14,344 nt of DNA, from positions 1-14,344 of the forward strand of contig CAYGTY010000088.1 in the NCBI GenBank assembly GCA_964352825.1. The letters are read 5' to 3'. A program made the translations under genes and the position numbers. Origin of the DNA: an uncultured Anaerolineaceae bacterium (GTDB lineage: Bacteria > Chloroflexota > Anaerolineae > Aggregatilineales > Phototrophicaceae). The notes beneath the pieces were generated by a model. It worked only from the letters and a program-made list of their open reading frames with translations. It did no database searches and was not told the DNA's origin. Each line of letters begins with the position of its first letter. Positions within the stretch are counted from its first letter, which is position 1. This document shows, piece by piece, positions 7,896 to 14,344 of the stretch.

Positions 7896-9122
7896 ATGAA
7901 TGATACCTTGCGTCAACAACTCAAACATCCCGAGGCACGGATTCGCCAACAAGCGATTGTCAAATTGGCACGGATGAAAGATGATGAAGTTCTGCCTCTG
8001 CTGAATGACATCGCCAAAAATGACCCTGAACCCAGCTTAAGAGAAATTGCAGAACGTGCTATTATCCACATTCTGAATGAATATTCATCAACCATGAGTC
8101 GTGTCAAACCACAAGAGCCTACACTATCAGATATACCACCCTTCTCAAATCCTAAAGCCGAACAACATATCCAGACGGCATACAAATTATATGAAAACGG
8201 GTCAAACCCTAACGCCCTACAATACCTTATCCGTGCGATAGACCTAGCCCCGCTATTATGCAACGACCCTGATGTCCAGCGTTTGGCAGGGAATCTAACG
8301 GGAACAGACGGCAGTGTTGCTATTCATATGTTGGCGGATAGAGAACAGCGCAAAAAATTCTTCGATGGCGATTCACCACCTCCACCTTCAAAACCGAACT
8401 TCCCCACATCGCCGAGCATGTGGATTATATTCTGTTTATTTATGGTCGTGGCATCAAAGTTCTTTTGGGCAGATGGGGTGGAGATTATCAATCAAGCCTT
8501 AGATGAATTAGAGATTCAACAACTCAAGCAATCTGTACAGCAAATCAAGGGCATCAATTATTATCGTGTCATTCCGAATCAACAATCTATTGAAGCAGAT
8601 TACCCTGTTTTAATCGCGATTCCAGACGGTCAAGAAAATGCCACCGCAATGCTTCAACACTTTTCAGATACAGCCAATATGTATAACACCATTTTGCTCG
8701 TACCCGATTTCCCAGATTATCGCTTTTCAACCACCTCTTATCAAACTGACACGATTGATGCGATGATATTAGATGTTGCACAAGCGTATTCATTAGATAA
8801 GGCAGGTGTTTTGTTATTTGGTTTTGGTGATGGAGCAATGATTGCGACGCAATATGCCAATCAATACCCAGACCAAACCGCAGGTGTGATTACCAGTGGT
8901 GGCACTTTCCTCTATCCACCACCAGACGATATGACCTACACCGTTATCTATGGCGCAGATGATAGCTTACTCCGTGATGTGACGGATACCGATGTACCTT
9001 TTGCGAATATTGAAGACTGGTCTAGCACACTCAATTATTTAACAATTGAGAATATCGGTCACGAGATTAATAGTCAGCAAATCGACATGACTGCACAAAT
9101 GATAGTGAACCTATATCAATAG
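7896..9122 (+). CDS. Three-part protein: N-terminal PBS-lyase-type HEAT repeats, a Pro-rich linker with a single TM helix, and a C-terminal alpha/beta-hydrolase (phospholipase/carboxylesterase)-like domain with a degenerate nucleophile elbow
   Basis: The HEAT-like repeats are HPEARIRQQAIVKLARMKDDEVLPLLNDIAKNDPEPSLREIAERAI. The linker contains PPPPSKPNFPTSPS, followed by the hydrophobic helix MWIIFCLFMVVASKFFWA. The C-terminal domain has the esterase-fold order YPVLIAIPDGQ (oxyanion-region strand), LLFGFGDGAMIA at the position of the GFSQGG/GxSxG elbow, IYGADDSLL (acid loop) and ENIGHEI (His loop). The elbow Ser is not conserved, since the sequence is G-F-G-D-G. Confidence 0.7.
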   Translation: MNDTLRQQLKHPEARIRQQAIVKLARMKDDEVLPLLNDIAKNDPEPSLREIAERAIIHILNEYSSTMSRVKPQEPTLSDIPPFSNPKAEQHIQTAYKLYENGSNPNALQYLIRAIDLAPLLCNDPDVQRLAGNLTGTDGSVAIHMLADREQRKKFFDGDSPPPPSKPNFPTSPSMWIIFCLFMVVASKFFWADGVEIINQALDELEIQQLKQSVQQIKGINYYRVIPNQQSIEADYPVLIAIPDGQENATAMLQHFSDTANMYNTILLVPDFPDYRFSTTSYQTDTIDAMILDVAQAYSLDKAGVLLFGFGDGAMIATQYANQYPDQTAGVITSGGTFLYPPPDDMTYTVIYGADDSLLRDVTDTDVPFANIEDWSSTLNYLTIENIGHEINSQQIDMTAQMIVNLYQ

Positions 9123-9155
9123 TCAATTTCTCACACTCGTCTAACATCTTATCGC

Positions 9156-9161
9156 TATAAT
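9156..9161 (+). promoter_or_regulatory. Candidate -10 hexamer (TATAAT) for bcp, with an AAAGGA Shine-Dalgarno at 9186-9191
   Basis: A perfect TATAAT lies 38 nt upstream of the bcp ATG, and the spacing to AAAGGA and the ATG (9199) is canonical. No convincing -35 is visible, so this is a -10-only call with low confidence. Confidence 0.25.
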
Positions 9162-9198
9162 TGCTTAAAATATTGACCTACTCAAAAAGGATAATTTT

Positions 9199-9663
9199 AT
9201 GCCCTCAGTCGGTGAACAAGCTCCTGATTTTGAACTCAAAAATCAAACTGGCGACACTGTCAAACTCAGTGATTATCGTGGCAAAAAAGTTTTAATTTTT
9301 GCCTATCCCAAAGCAGGCACACCAGGGTGTACAACCCAAGCCTGTGGTTTCCGTGATAATTTTGCACAAATCGAAACAGCCAATGCCGTTGTTTTAGGCT
9401 TAAGTCCTGATGAACCAGAAGACCTTGCCAAATGGATTGAAGAAGAATCTTTACAATACGACCTTTTGTCTGACCCTGACCATGAAGTGCTGGAAGCATG
9501 GGGCGCATGGGGTGAACGCAACATGTATGGCAATAAGTATATGGGTGTTGTTCGGTCTCATTGGATTATTGGTGAGGATGGTACAGTCTTGGATGAACAA
9601 ATCAAAATTAGCCCTGCAAAAAGCATTGAAAAAGGTCTCAAATTTCTAGATAAAGCAGAGTAG
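9199..9663 (+). CDS. bcp: Peroxiredoxin Bcp (thioredoxin-dependent thiol peroxidase, AhpC/TSA family)
   Basis: 154-aa ORF. The translation aligns by eye with E. coli Bcp across its whole length: APDFEL.NQ.G..V.LSDYRGKKVLIFAYPKAGTPGCTTQACGFRD (peroxidatic Cys in the PGCT motif, resolving Cys 5 residues later), then LGLSPD, LLSDPDHEV..WG.WGE. A strong Shine-Dalgarno precedes the start. Confidence 0.92.
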   Translation: MPSVGEQAPDFELKNQTGDTVKLSDYRGKKVLIFAYPKAGTPGCTTQACGFRDNFAQIETANAVVLGLSPDEPEDLAKWIEEESLQYDLLSDPDHEVLEAWGAWGERNMYGNKYMGVVRSHWIIGEDGTVLDEQIKISPAKSIEKGLKFLDKAE

Positions 9664-9665
9664 AG

Positions 9666-10130
9666 CTAGCTATTTTCAACATACTCATGGCGGACATCTT
9701 CCATAATGTCGATGAGGATATTTTGATTGAAGGGTTTGGCATTGTACTGATACCATAAAGCAGCGAATGCCATGCCCATCGAATATTCATAACGTGGTCC
9801 TGCAGGTTCTTCACCTGCAAGCACCATATCCGCCCCTAAAAAGCTCATTCCCCGATTCGACAAAATCACAGCAACCCCTGCCAAATAATATGACCAGCGT
9901 GGTAAGGCAGTGTTATCAGCAGTCCGTTTAATCCGCGCCGACTTGACTCGAAATGTGGTTGAATCGTCTATATCAGGCACTGTCACCGAAAATTGACCAC
10001 TGTCATAGACACCCGCCCCTATCCACATATCACGCCCAGGGACATCCAAAATCCAATTTGCCCGTTGTGAAGGATAGGTTAATTGAAAGCTCGCCAATAG
10101 GCGAAGTGGTGGGTTAGGAGGTATAGTCAT
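9666..10130 (-). CDS. Hypothetical protein, 154 aa
   Basis: ORF with an AAAGG Shine-Dalgarno 5 nt upstream of its ATG (minus strand) and protein-like composition. It is convergent with bcp, with the two stops only 2 nt apart. No family recognised. Confidence rests only on ORF length, the Shine-Dalgarno and non-overlap with other genes. Confidence 0.5.
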   Translation of the reverse strand: MTIPPNPPLRLLASFQLTYPSQRANWILDVPGRDMWIGAGVYDSGQFSVTVPDIDDSTTFRVKSARIKRTADNTALPRWSYYLAGVAVILSNRGMSFLGADMVLAGEEPAGPRYEYSMGMAFAALWYQYNAKPFNQNILIDIMEDVRHEYVENS

Positions 10131-10286
10131 AATGACCTTTCGATAAATAGATTATGTTAAATTTAGTGTAGCATAATATTCAAAATGGATAAATCAATCC
10201 GTTGGTATAACGTTTATTTCAAATTATTGCATGTCTGGTAAAATAGAATAATCTATTCGATTTTTCCTAATCACAGAAAATAATCT

Positions 10287-11798
10287 ATGAAAATCCACAT
10301 TACTGTTATATTGATTGCTCTATTATTTGTTGCTTGTACGCCAACTGATGATGAACCCCGTTTTGTAGAGATTGAAAACGAGCCTGCACCAGCCAATGTC
10401 GTCTACATCACACCGACTGTTGCGCCGACACTTGTACCAACGGCTGTACGCTTCGAGCCAACATCATCGCCCACCGCCACCATTCAACCATCGCCCACAC
10501 CAACCTTAACTGCAACTATTGAAGCATCTGTCATGTGCGATTTAGTTACAGAAAATCTCTATACCAATGCCAGCAACTTATGTCTTGCAGGACCAACTGG
10601 GTACTTTTGTAATGGAGGTCTGCCCCCAATTTCAGAGCCAGAAGGTGCAGCGGCAAATGGTTTGACAGTCGAAGGTGCATTAATTGAAGCCAAAGAGCTT
10701 GATAGTGTGCAAACATCACCCCTCGCAACCAATAACAGTGGCGGAATTGTGTGGCTACGATTAGAAGACGATATTAAAATTGACGCGCTGATGATTGGCG
10801 ACATCAAAATCACAAATTCAACACCAGCAGGAAGCGAATTTCCGAAGTGGCAGTCATTCACTATCGAAAGCCAAACCATTGATACACCTTGCGAAGGCAT
10901 CCAAGAAACAGGTGCGTTGGTTGTACAGGGTTTATATGGGCAGACGACTCGTATTGTTGTGAATGGAGTTTCCGTCGATATTAACGGGACTCTCGTCATG
11001 TTGACCCAAGATAATACAACCAAGTTTATCGCGATTGAAGGCGAAATTCGGCTCATTAGTTTTGGGCAACCCGCTGTCTTAAATGCAGGACAACAACTTG
11101 ATGTGACCTATCACCCAGGGGATTGGACAAGTCCAGCAGGTTTGCCGGGGAATCCGATTGTGCTGGAGTATGACCTGATTAAAAATTTGCCGATTGTCTT
11201 ATTTGACCGCCCTGTCGATATCCCACAACCGGGGTTTGTCCAGACGGAAGGTCGTGTCAATATGCGGACAGAACCTGATATTAATTCACAGCTATTATTT
11301 CAAGTCCCAGCAGGCGAAACGATGAGTGTGCTGGGTATCAGTACAGACCGCGAATGGTATCATATTCGGCTCGGGAATGGTGAGACAGGTTGGATGAGTG
11401 CGGAATTATTGGTACAGAGTGTCGGTATTATTCAGCAAGTCTACGATATTACACCTGAACCCCCACAACGCTTTGGTGAATTGGCGAGTAAAGCCAGTGT
11501 TATCGTAAACCAAGGTGGAAATTTAAGGGAAGCTCCTGATGTCGGATTCGGTGTCAAAGAGACCATCCCTTATGGTGCAGAAGTTGAACTCATTGCACGT
11601 AGCCCCTATAGCCCGTGGGTAAAAGTCGATACAGGGACAGATGTCGGCTGGATGGCACTGATTACAATTCAGACTGAATCCGTCATTAGTTCACTACCGA
11701 TTGATTACACCGTTCCCTTACCCCCGCGTGCAACCTCTACCCCATCCTTTAAGTTTGGTGGTGGACATGCTTATCCAGACCCTGATGGTGGATTTTAA
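10287..11798 (+). CDS. Secreted lipoprotein with a Pro/Thr-rich linker, a Cys-containing central domain and two C-terminal bacterial SH3 (SH3b) domains
   Basis: The N-terminus MKIHITVILIALLFVAC has a hydrophobic h-region followed by FVAC, a lipobox-like L/F-x-A-C (signal peptidase II type). A PT-rich segment follows (PTVAPTLVPTAVRFEPTSSPTATIQPSPTPTLTAT). Two SH3b-like repeats are GRVNMRTEPDINSQLLFQVPAGETMSVLGISTDREWYHIRLGNGETGWMSAELL and GGNLREAPDVGFGVKETIPYGAEVELIARSPYSPWVKVDTGTDVGWMALITI. Confidence 0.85.
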   Translation: MKIHITVILIALLFVACTPTDDEPRFVEIENEPAPANVVYITPTVAPTLVPTAVRFEPTSSPTATIQPSPTPTLTATIEASVMCDLVTENLYTNASNLCLAGPTGYFCNGGLPPISEPEGAAANGLTVEGALIEAKELDSVQTSPLATNNSGGIVWLRLEDDIKIDALMIGDIKITNSTPAGSEFPKWQSFTIESQTIDTPCEGIQETGALVVQGLYGQTTRIVVNGVSVDINGTLVMLTQDNTTKFIAIEGEIRLISFGQPAVLNAGQQLDVTYHPGDWTSPAGLPGNPIVLEYDLIKNLPIVLFDRPVDIPQPGFVQTEGRVNMRTEPDINSQLLFQVPAGETMSVLGISTDREWYHIRLGNGETGWMSAELLVQSVGIIQQVYDITPEPPQRFGELASKASVIVNQGGNLREAPDVGFGVKETIPYGAEVELIARSPYSPWVKVDTGTDVGWMALITIQTESVISSLPIDYTVPLPPRATSTPSFKFGGGHAYPDPDGGF

Positions 11799-11840
11799 GG
11801 CGAGTTAAAGGTAAGGCTCTTAATATTTATGACATGTAGA

Positions 11841-12089
11841 GGCGATTCAGCAAGTCACCCCATAGCTGTAAACTTAAGAAATATCTGTTTTATGTCACCA
11901 TCACTGAGGGCTAAAAGCCACTCAGCTAGTAAAAAAACAAGTCCACTGAAAGGGACTCTAAGAACCTCTTTAGCAGGTTTCCTTCATATTCTAGCCTATG
12001 GTTTGAACCATAGGTGGAGTGACTGAATAAGAAGCAGATCTTTTTAAGCCACTACTTTCTTAACTTGACAGGAATGGGGCGAGTCACCC
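11841..12089. repeat. Direct repeat of the motif GGCGA..GTCACCC (11841-11860 and 12078-12089) flanking ~217 bp of hairpin-rich non-coding sequence
   Basis: Copy 1 is GGCGATTCAGCAAGTCACCCC and copy 2 is GGCGAGTCACCCT. The same words appear with a 9-nt indel, and GGCGAG also occurs at 11799. Seen directly in the sequence; significance unknown. Confidence 0.3.
11904..12014. other. Cluster of three stem-loops in a 330-bp convergent intergenic region; candidate structured sRNA or processing/termination element
   Basis: H1 (11904-11925) is CTGAGGGCT-AAA-AGCC(A)CTCAG, a 9-bp stem with one bulge. H2 (11940-11957) is AGTCC-ACTGAAAG-GGACT, a 5-bp stem with an 8-nt GAAA-containing loop. H3 (11995-12014) is CCTATGGT-TTGA-ACCATAGG, 8-9 bp and perfect. 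None is followed by a T-tract on either strand, so they are not canonical intrinsic terminators. Confidence 0.3.
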
Positions 12090-12127
12090 TTACAAAAATA
12101 TCTTATTTTGATGATGACATGTTACTA

Positions 12128-14344
12128 TTACCGCACCTCAATTGTCCCAAAAGGCACAGTATCCCCAACCTGCTCACTATTAGCATTTAACACAGTGGGT
12201 CGATAGCCATTACCGCATTCGCCAACAGGCATGAGTTCACAGGTATATAAACCAACATAAAGTTGATAGTCACCCACTGGGATTGTGTCTGGTAGATAGA
12301 GGTCGTAGGTATCAATGATATAGCCATCAGGTGACCACCATTCACTAATCGCACGTCCTCCAGGGTGGAGTTTATCAATCTGAGCAACGGGCGGTCCACC
12401 TGTTGAAACATGCAAAAAGCTAGAAAAGTTAATATCCATCACTTGATTGGCGTACCAATACACACGAACAATCAATCTATCACCAGCGCGGAAGGTTCGT
12501 CCATTGATGTCATATCCAAGCACTTCTAAGTTATCGTCTAAGGTAAAGGTCTCATCGATGGTTGCAGGTATTGCCCGACCTGCTGGAGAGTTCAGCCATG
12601 CGACACCTTCGCGATAAAGTACAAACACACTCAGCACAGCAATAACGCCACCGAATAAAATACCAATAATCGCATTACGAGCTAGTGCCATATCAACTTG
12701 GGCATCATGTGTTTTGATAGTAAAACGGCGTATTCCAACAACCAACATCAAAACAAGTACCAGTGATACAAGAGAAATACCCATTCCCATATCACGTGCT
12801 GGCGTTGAGCCGAGAAATACACGTAAGTCATGCTCACCTTCAGGGATTGTCATCGTGATAAAGCCATGATTGGGCGAGGGTATAATAACAAGTGGCTCAC
12901 CATTGAGTTCAGCTTGCCAGCCTATCCAATAAAAATTATAAATCTCAGCTGTGAAGGGCTCATCACTTGTGATACGCCATTGATGAGACTGTGGTGTATT
13001 GTCAATCAACTCTACAATGGTCGTTTCAGGTAAAATAGAGCGATTCAATTTATCAACAGGATAATCATCCGCATAATCAGCAATCAAGCTATCGGTAGGG
13101 GCTGGAATGCTAAATACATCAGCAGGGCGATACTCATCAGTGAAGGTTGTCCCCATCTGCAAACCCGCTTTTTCGCTAGCATGATAAGCGGATAGCGAAG
13201 TATCAATCTCTGTATTTGTCCACTCAGGAATATAAAATAAAGGAATGGCTGTCACAATCGGCATGGCAACCAAAATAGCAATCACCCCAATTTGCAGTTG
13301 CTTCGATAAACGAGTTATCCAAATACCATTCATCCCTGCCAAAACAGCAAGACAAACAGCAACCGGTCCGAGTAATCGCCACGGAAACTGCAAAAATTGC
13401 AGAGGTCGCACACTATCCCATAATAAACCAGCCGATGGTGTCACCAAGAAAATCATGATAACTGCCATCAAAGTGAAAAAAAATAACCCTAAATAGGTTT
13501 GCGGATGACGTGAGCGAACACCACGTATATATAGCCATGATGGAATCAGAAGCCCAACTAAAGCTAAAATCCATTGTGCAACACCGAGGATTGTCAGTTC
13601 TTTTAAGCCATTAATTGCACCTGCGTCATGCTGTGGAGGAAAAGCTAATAAATCCCCGAATGGAACAAAGAAGTTGCGATAATCTAATAATGAAACCCCT
13701 GTTAAATTTTGAAGATTCACTGAGCCACTTTCCAGTAACACAGGCACCCAGAATCCAGCCGATACCCCCATGCCCAATAAAATTGCAAGCATAGCTAATA
13801 TTGATGCCTGCCAATAGGCTTGTCCTGAGCGACGATTGGTCAGTGGAATCAGCGTCTCCCACAAAATCCACGCCATGCTCAAGCCTGTCAATGTGAGTGC
13901 CATCAAATTATGAGCATGAATCAAGGCAACTTGTAAAACAACAACTGTAATAAAATTAAAGGCTGAGGACTTATCACGCAAAACAGCAATACGCCACAGA
14001 ATAAAGGGGAACAGCGCAAAAGCTAAAAGTTCGGGATATGTTCCACGCGCATAAGCTTCTGTAAACATCAAATAGGGGCTATAGACATAGACCAAGCCTG
14101 CAATCAGCCCACCAATCACCCCAACGCGTCTTTTTACAAAGAGGTACATACCAGAGCTACAGCCAAGCAAGCTCAACATCAAGACAGCGCGCAAGGCATT
14201 TAATGCAGTCTGGTTAAATACAATCATCAAGATGCTAGTCAGATAGTAGGTCAAGCTAGCATAGAAGTGGAACAAGGGAGAGCCATATCCAAAATATAGA
14301 CCTTCTGCCCATGTCGGGAAGAACAGCCCATGTTGCCAACTGCG
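12128..14344 (-). CDS. 3' ~2.2 kb of a large polytopic membrane protein gene (GT-C-like / DUF2298-YfhO-like architecture with a C-terminal extracytoplasmic beta-rich domain); the gene continues past the window end
   Basis: The minus-strand frame is open from the TAA at 12128-12130 (read on the minus strand) to the window edge. My translation of 14276-14344 gives ...RSWQHGLFFPTWAEGLYFGYGSPL with no stop, so the listed start at 14275 is a TTG and not the true start. At least 12 hydrophobic helices follow, then a ~200-aa C-terminal non-membrane domain (DINGRTFRAGDRLIVRVYWYANQV...GDYQLYVGLY). Confidence 0.8.
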   Translation of the reverse strand, partial: RSWQHGLFFPTWAEGLYFGYGSPLFHFYASLTYYLTSILMIVFNQTALNALRAVLMLSLLGCSSGMYLFVKRRVGVIGGLIAGLVYVYSPYLMFTEAYARGTYPELLAFALFPFILWRIAVLRDKSSAFNFITVVVLQVALIHAHNLMALTLTGLSMAWILWETLIPLTNRRSGQAYWQASILAMLAILLGMGVSAGFWVPVLLESGSVNLQNLTGVSLLDYRNFFVPFGDLLAFPPQHDAGAINGLKELTILGVAQWILALVGLLIPSWLYIRGVRSRHPQTYLGLFFFTLMAVIMIFLVTPSAGLLWDSVRPLQFLQFPWRLLGPVAVCLAVLAGMNGIWITRLSKQLQIGVIAILVAMPIVTAIPLFYIPEWTNTEIDTSLSAYHASEKAGLQMGTTFTDEYRPADVFSIPAPTDSLIADYADDYPVDKLNRSILPETTIVELIDNTPQSHQWRITSDEPFTAEIYNFYWIGWQAELNGEPLVIIPSPNHGFITMTIPEGEHDLRVFLGSTPARDMGMGISLVSLVLVLMLVVGIRRFTIKTHDAQVDMALARNAIIGILFGGVIAVLSVFVLYREGVAWLNSPAGRAIPATIDETFTLDDNLEVLGYDINGRTFRAGDRLIVRVYWYANQVMDINFSSFLHVSTGGPPVAQIDKLHPGGRAISEWWSPDGYIIDTYDLYLPDTIPVGDYQLYVGLYTCELMPVGECGNGYRPTVLNANSEQVGDTVPFGTIEVR

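Noticed and set aside
10559-11056. 165-aa minus-strand ORF nested in the SH3b lipoprotein gene, and the similar nested ORFs at 86-322 -, 226-543 -, 409-687 +, 537-755 +, 1177-1365 +, 1591-1782 -, 4515-4721 +, 6803-6988 +, 7500-7757 -, 7913-8263 -, 8314-8502 +, 8587-8838 -, 9266-9533 -, 9410-9649 +, 9638-9820 -, 12187-12411 -, 12830-13033 +, 13245-13496 +, 13626-13871 -
   Set aside because: All are embedded in longer ORFs that have recognisable protein-family signatures or strong membrane-protein character. None has its own ribosome-binding site, and their translations are low complexity.
11941-12022. tRNA-like element: TATGG / TTTGAAC / CCATA resembles a T-arm (5-bp stem, 7-nt TTYGAAY loop), and GTCCACT...GGTGGAG could form 6 of 7 acceptor pairs at ~80-nt spacing
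   Set aside because: No foldable D-arm or anticodon arm lies between them. The T-loop has T at the near-invariant C56 position. The stem extends to 9 bp, which is incompatible with a tRNA. U8 is absent. It is more likely a plain hairpin (H3) within the structured intergenic region.
11829-12026. 65-aa ORF filling the convergent intergenic region (MTCRGDSASHPIAVNLRNICFMSPSLRAKSHSASKKTSPLKG...)
   Set aside because: Very basic, Ser/Arg/Lys-rich and low complexity, with no Shine-Dalgarno at proper spacing. It overlaps three strong hairpins, so the region is more plausibly non-coding RNA or structure than a protein gene. Kept only as a note inside the intergenic finding.
12031-12050. AAGATCTT 8-bp palindrome and GGGTGACTCGCCC near-palindrome downstream of the membrane-protein gene, considered as its terminator
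   Set aside because: The stems would close loops of 0-1 nt and no U-tract follows. They are not credible terminator hairpins.
1-14344. CRISPR arrays, IS elements/transposases, integrases, phage genes, toxin-antitoxin pairs
   Set aside because: I scanned both strands for regularly spaced direct repeats, for long terminal inverted repeats, and for DDE/tyrosine-recombinase-like ORFs. None were found. The only repeats are the short GGCGA..GTCACCC pair and codon-level repeats in the Pro/Thr-rich linker and the coiled-coil coding regions.

Overview
This 14.3-kb window has moderate GC (roughly low-to-mid 40s %, estimated by eye) and reads as chromosomal backbone, not an obvious mobile or defence island. 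I found no rRNA or tRNA genes, no CRISPR array, and no transposase, integrase or phage-like genes. All identifications below come from motifs read by eye, not from database searches.

Features supported, in order:
- the 3' end of a UvrD/AddA-type helicase-nuclease, showing its RecB-family PD-(D/E)XK nuclease domain;
- a 321-aa ABC-2-permease-like membrane protein, translationally coupled to the helicase-nuclease by an ATGATTAA overlap;
- a clear YncB/CurA-family NADPH-dependent oxidoreductase;
- a hairpin terminator shared with the convergent gene that follows;
- that minus-strand gene, a SulP anion transporter fused to STAS and a C-terminal cyclic-nucleotide-binding domain;
- a plus-strand run of four genes: a flotillin-family SPFH protein that lacks the usual N-terminal membrane hairpin, a 356-aa protein with no recognisable domain, a HEAT-repeat/single-TM protein with an alpha/beta-hydrolase-like domain whose nucleophile motif is degenerate, and the peroxiredoxin Bcp;
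- a convergent 154-aa orphan gene on the minus strand;
- a secreted lipoprotein with a Pro/Thr-rich linker and two SH3b domains;
- a 330-bp convergent intergenic region with three hairpins and a repeated GGCGA...GTCACCC motif;
- the 3' ~2.2 kb of a large polytopic membrane protein gene that runs off the window end.

The best candidate for something undescribed is the flotillin / unknown 356-aa / HEAT-hydrolase cluster, followed by the structured intergenic region at 11.8-12.1 kb. Both are hypotheses, and I see no strong evidence of a novel defence system. The Pro/Thr linkers and the domain repertoire suggest a filamentous Chloroflexi- or cyanobacterium-like host; this is a weak inference.
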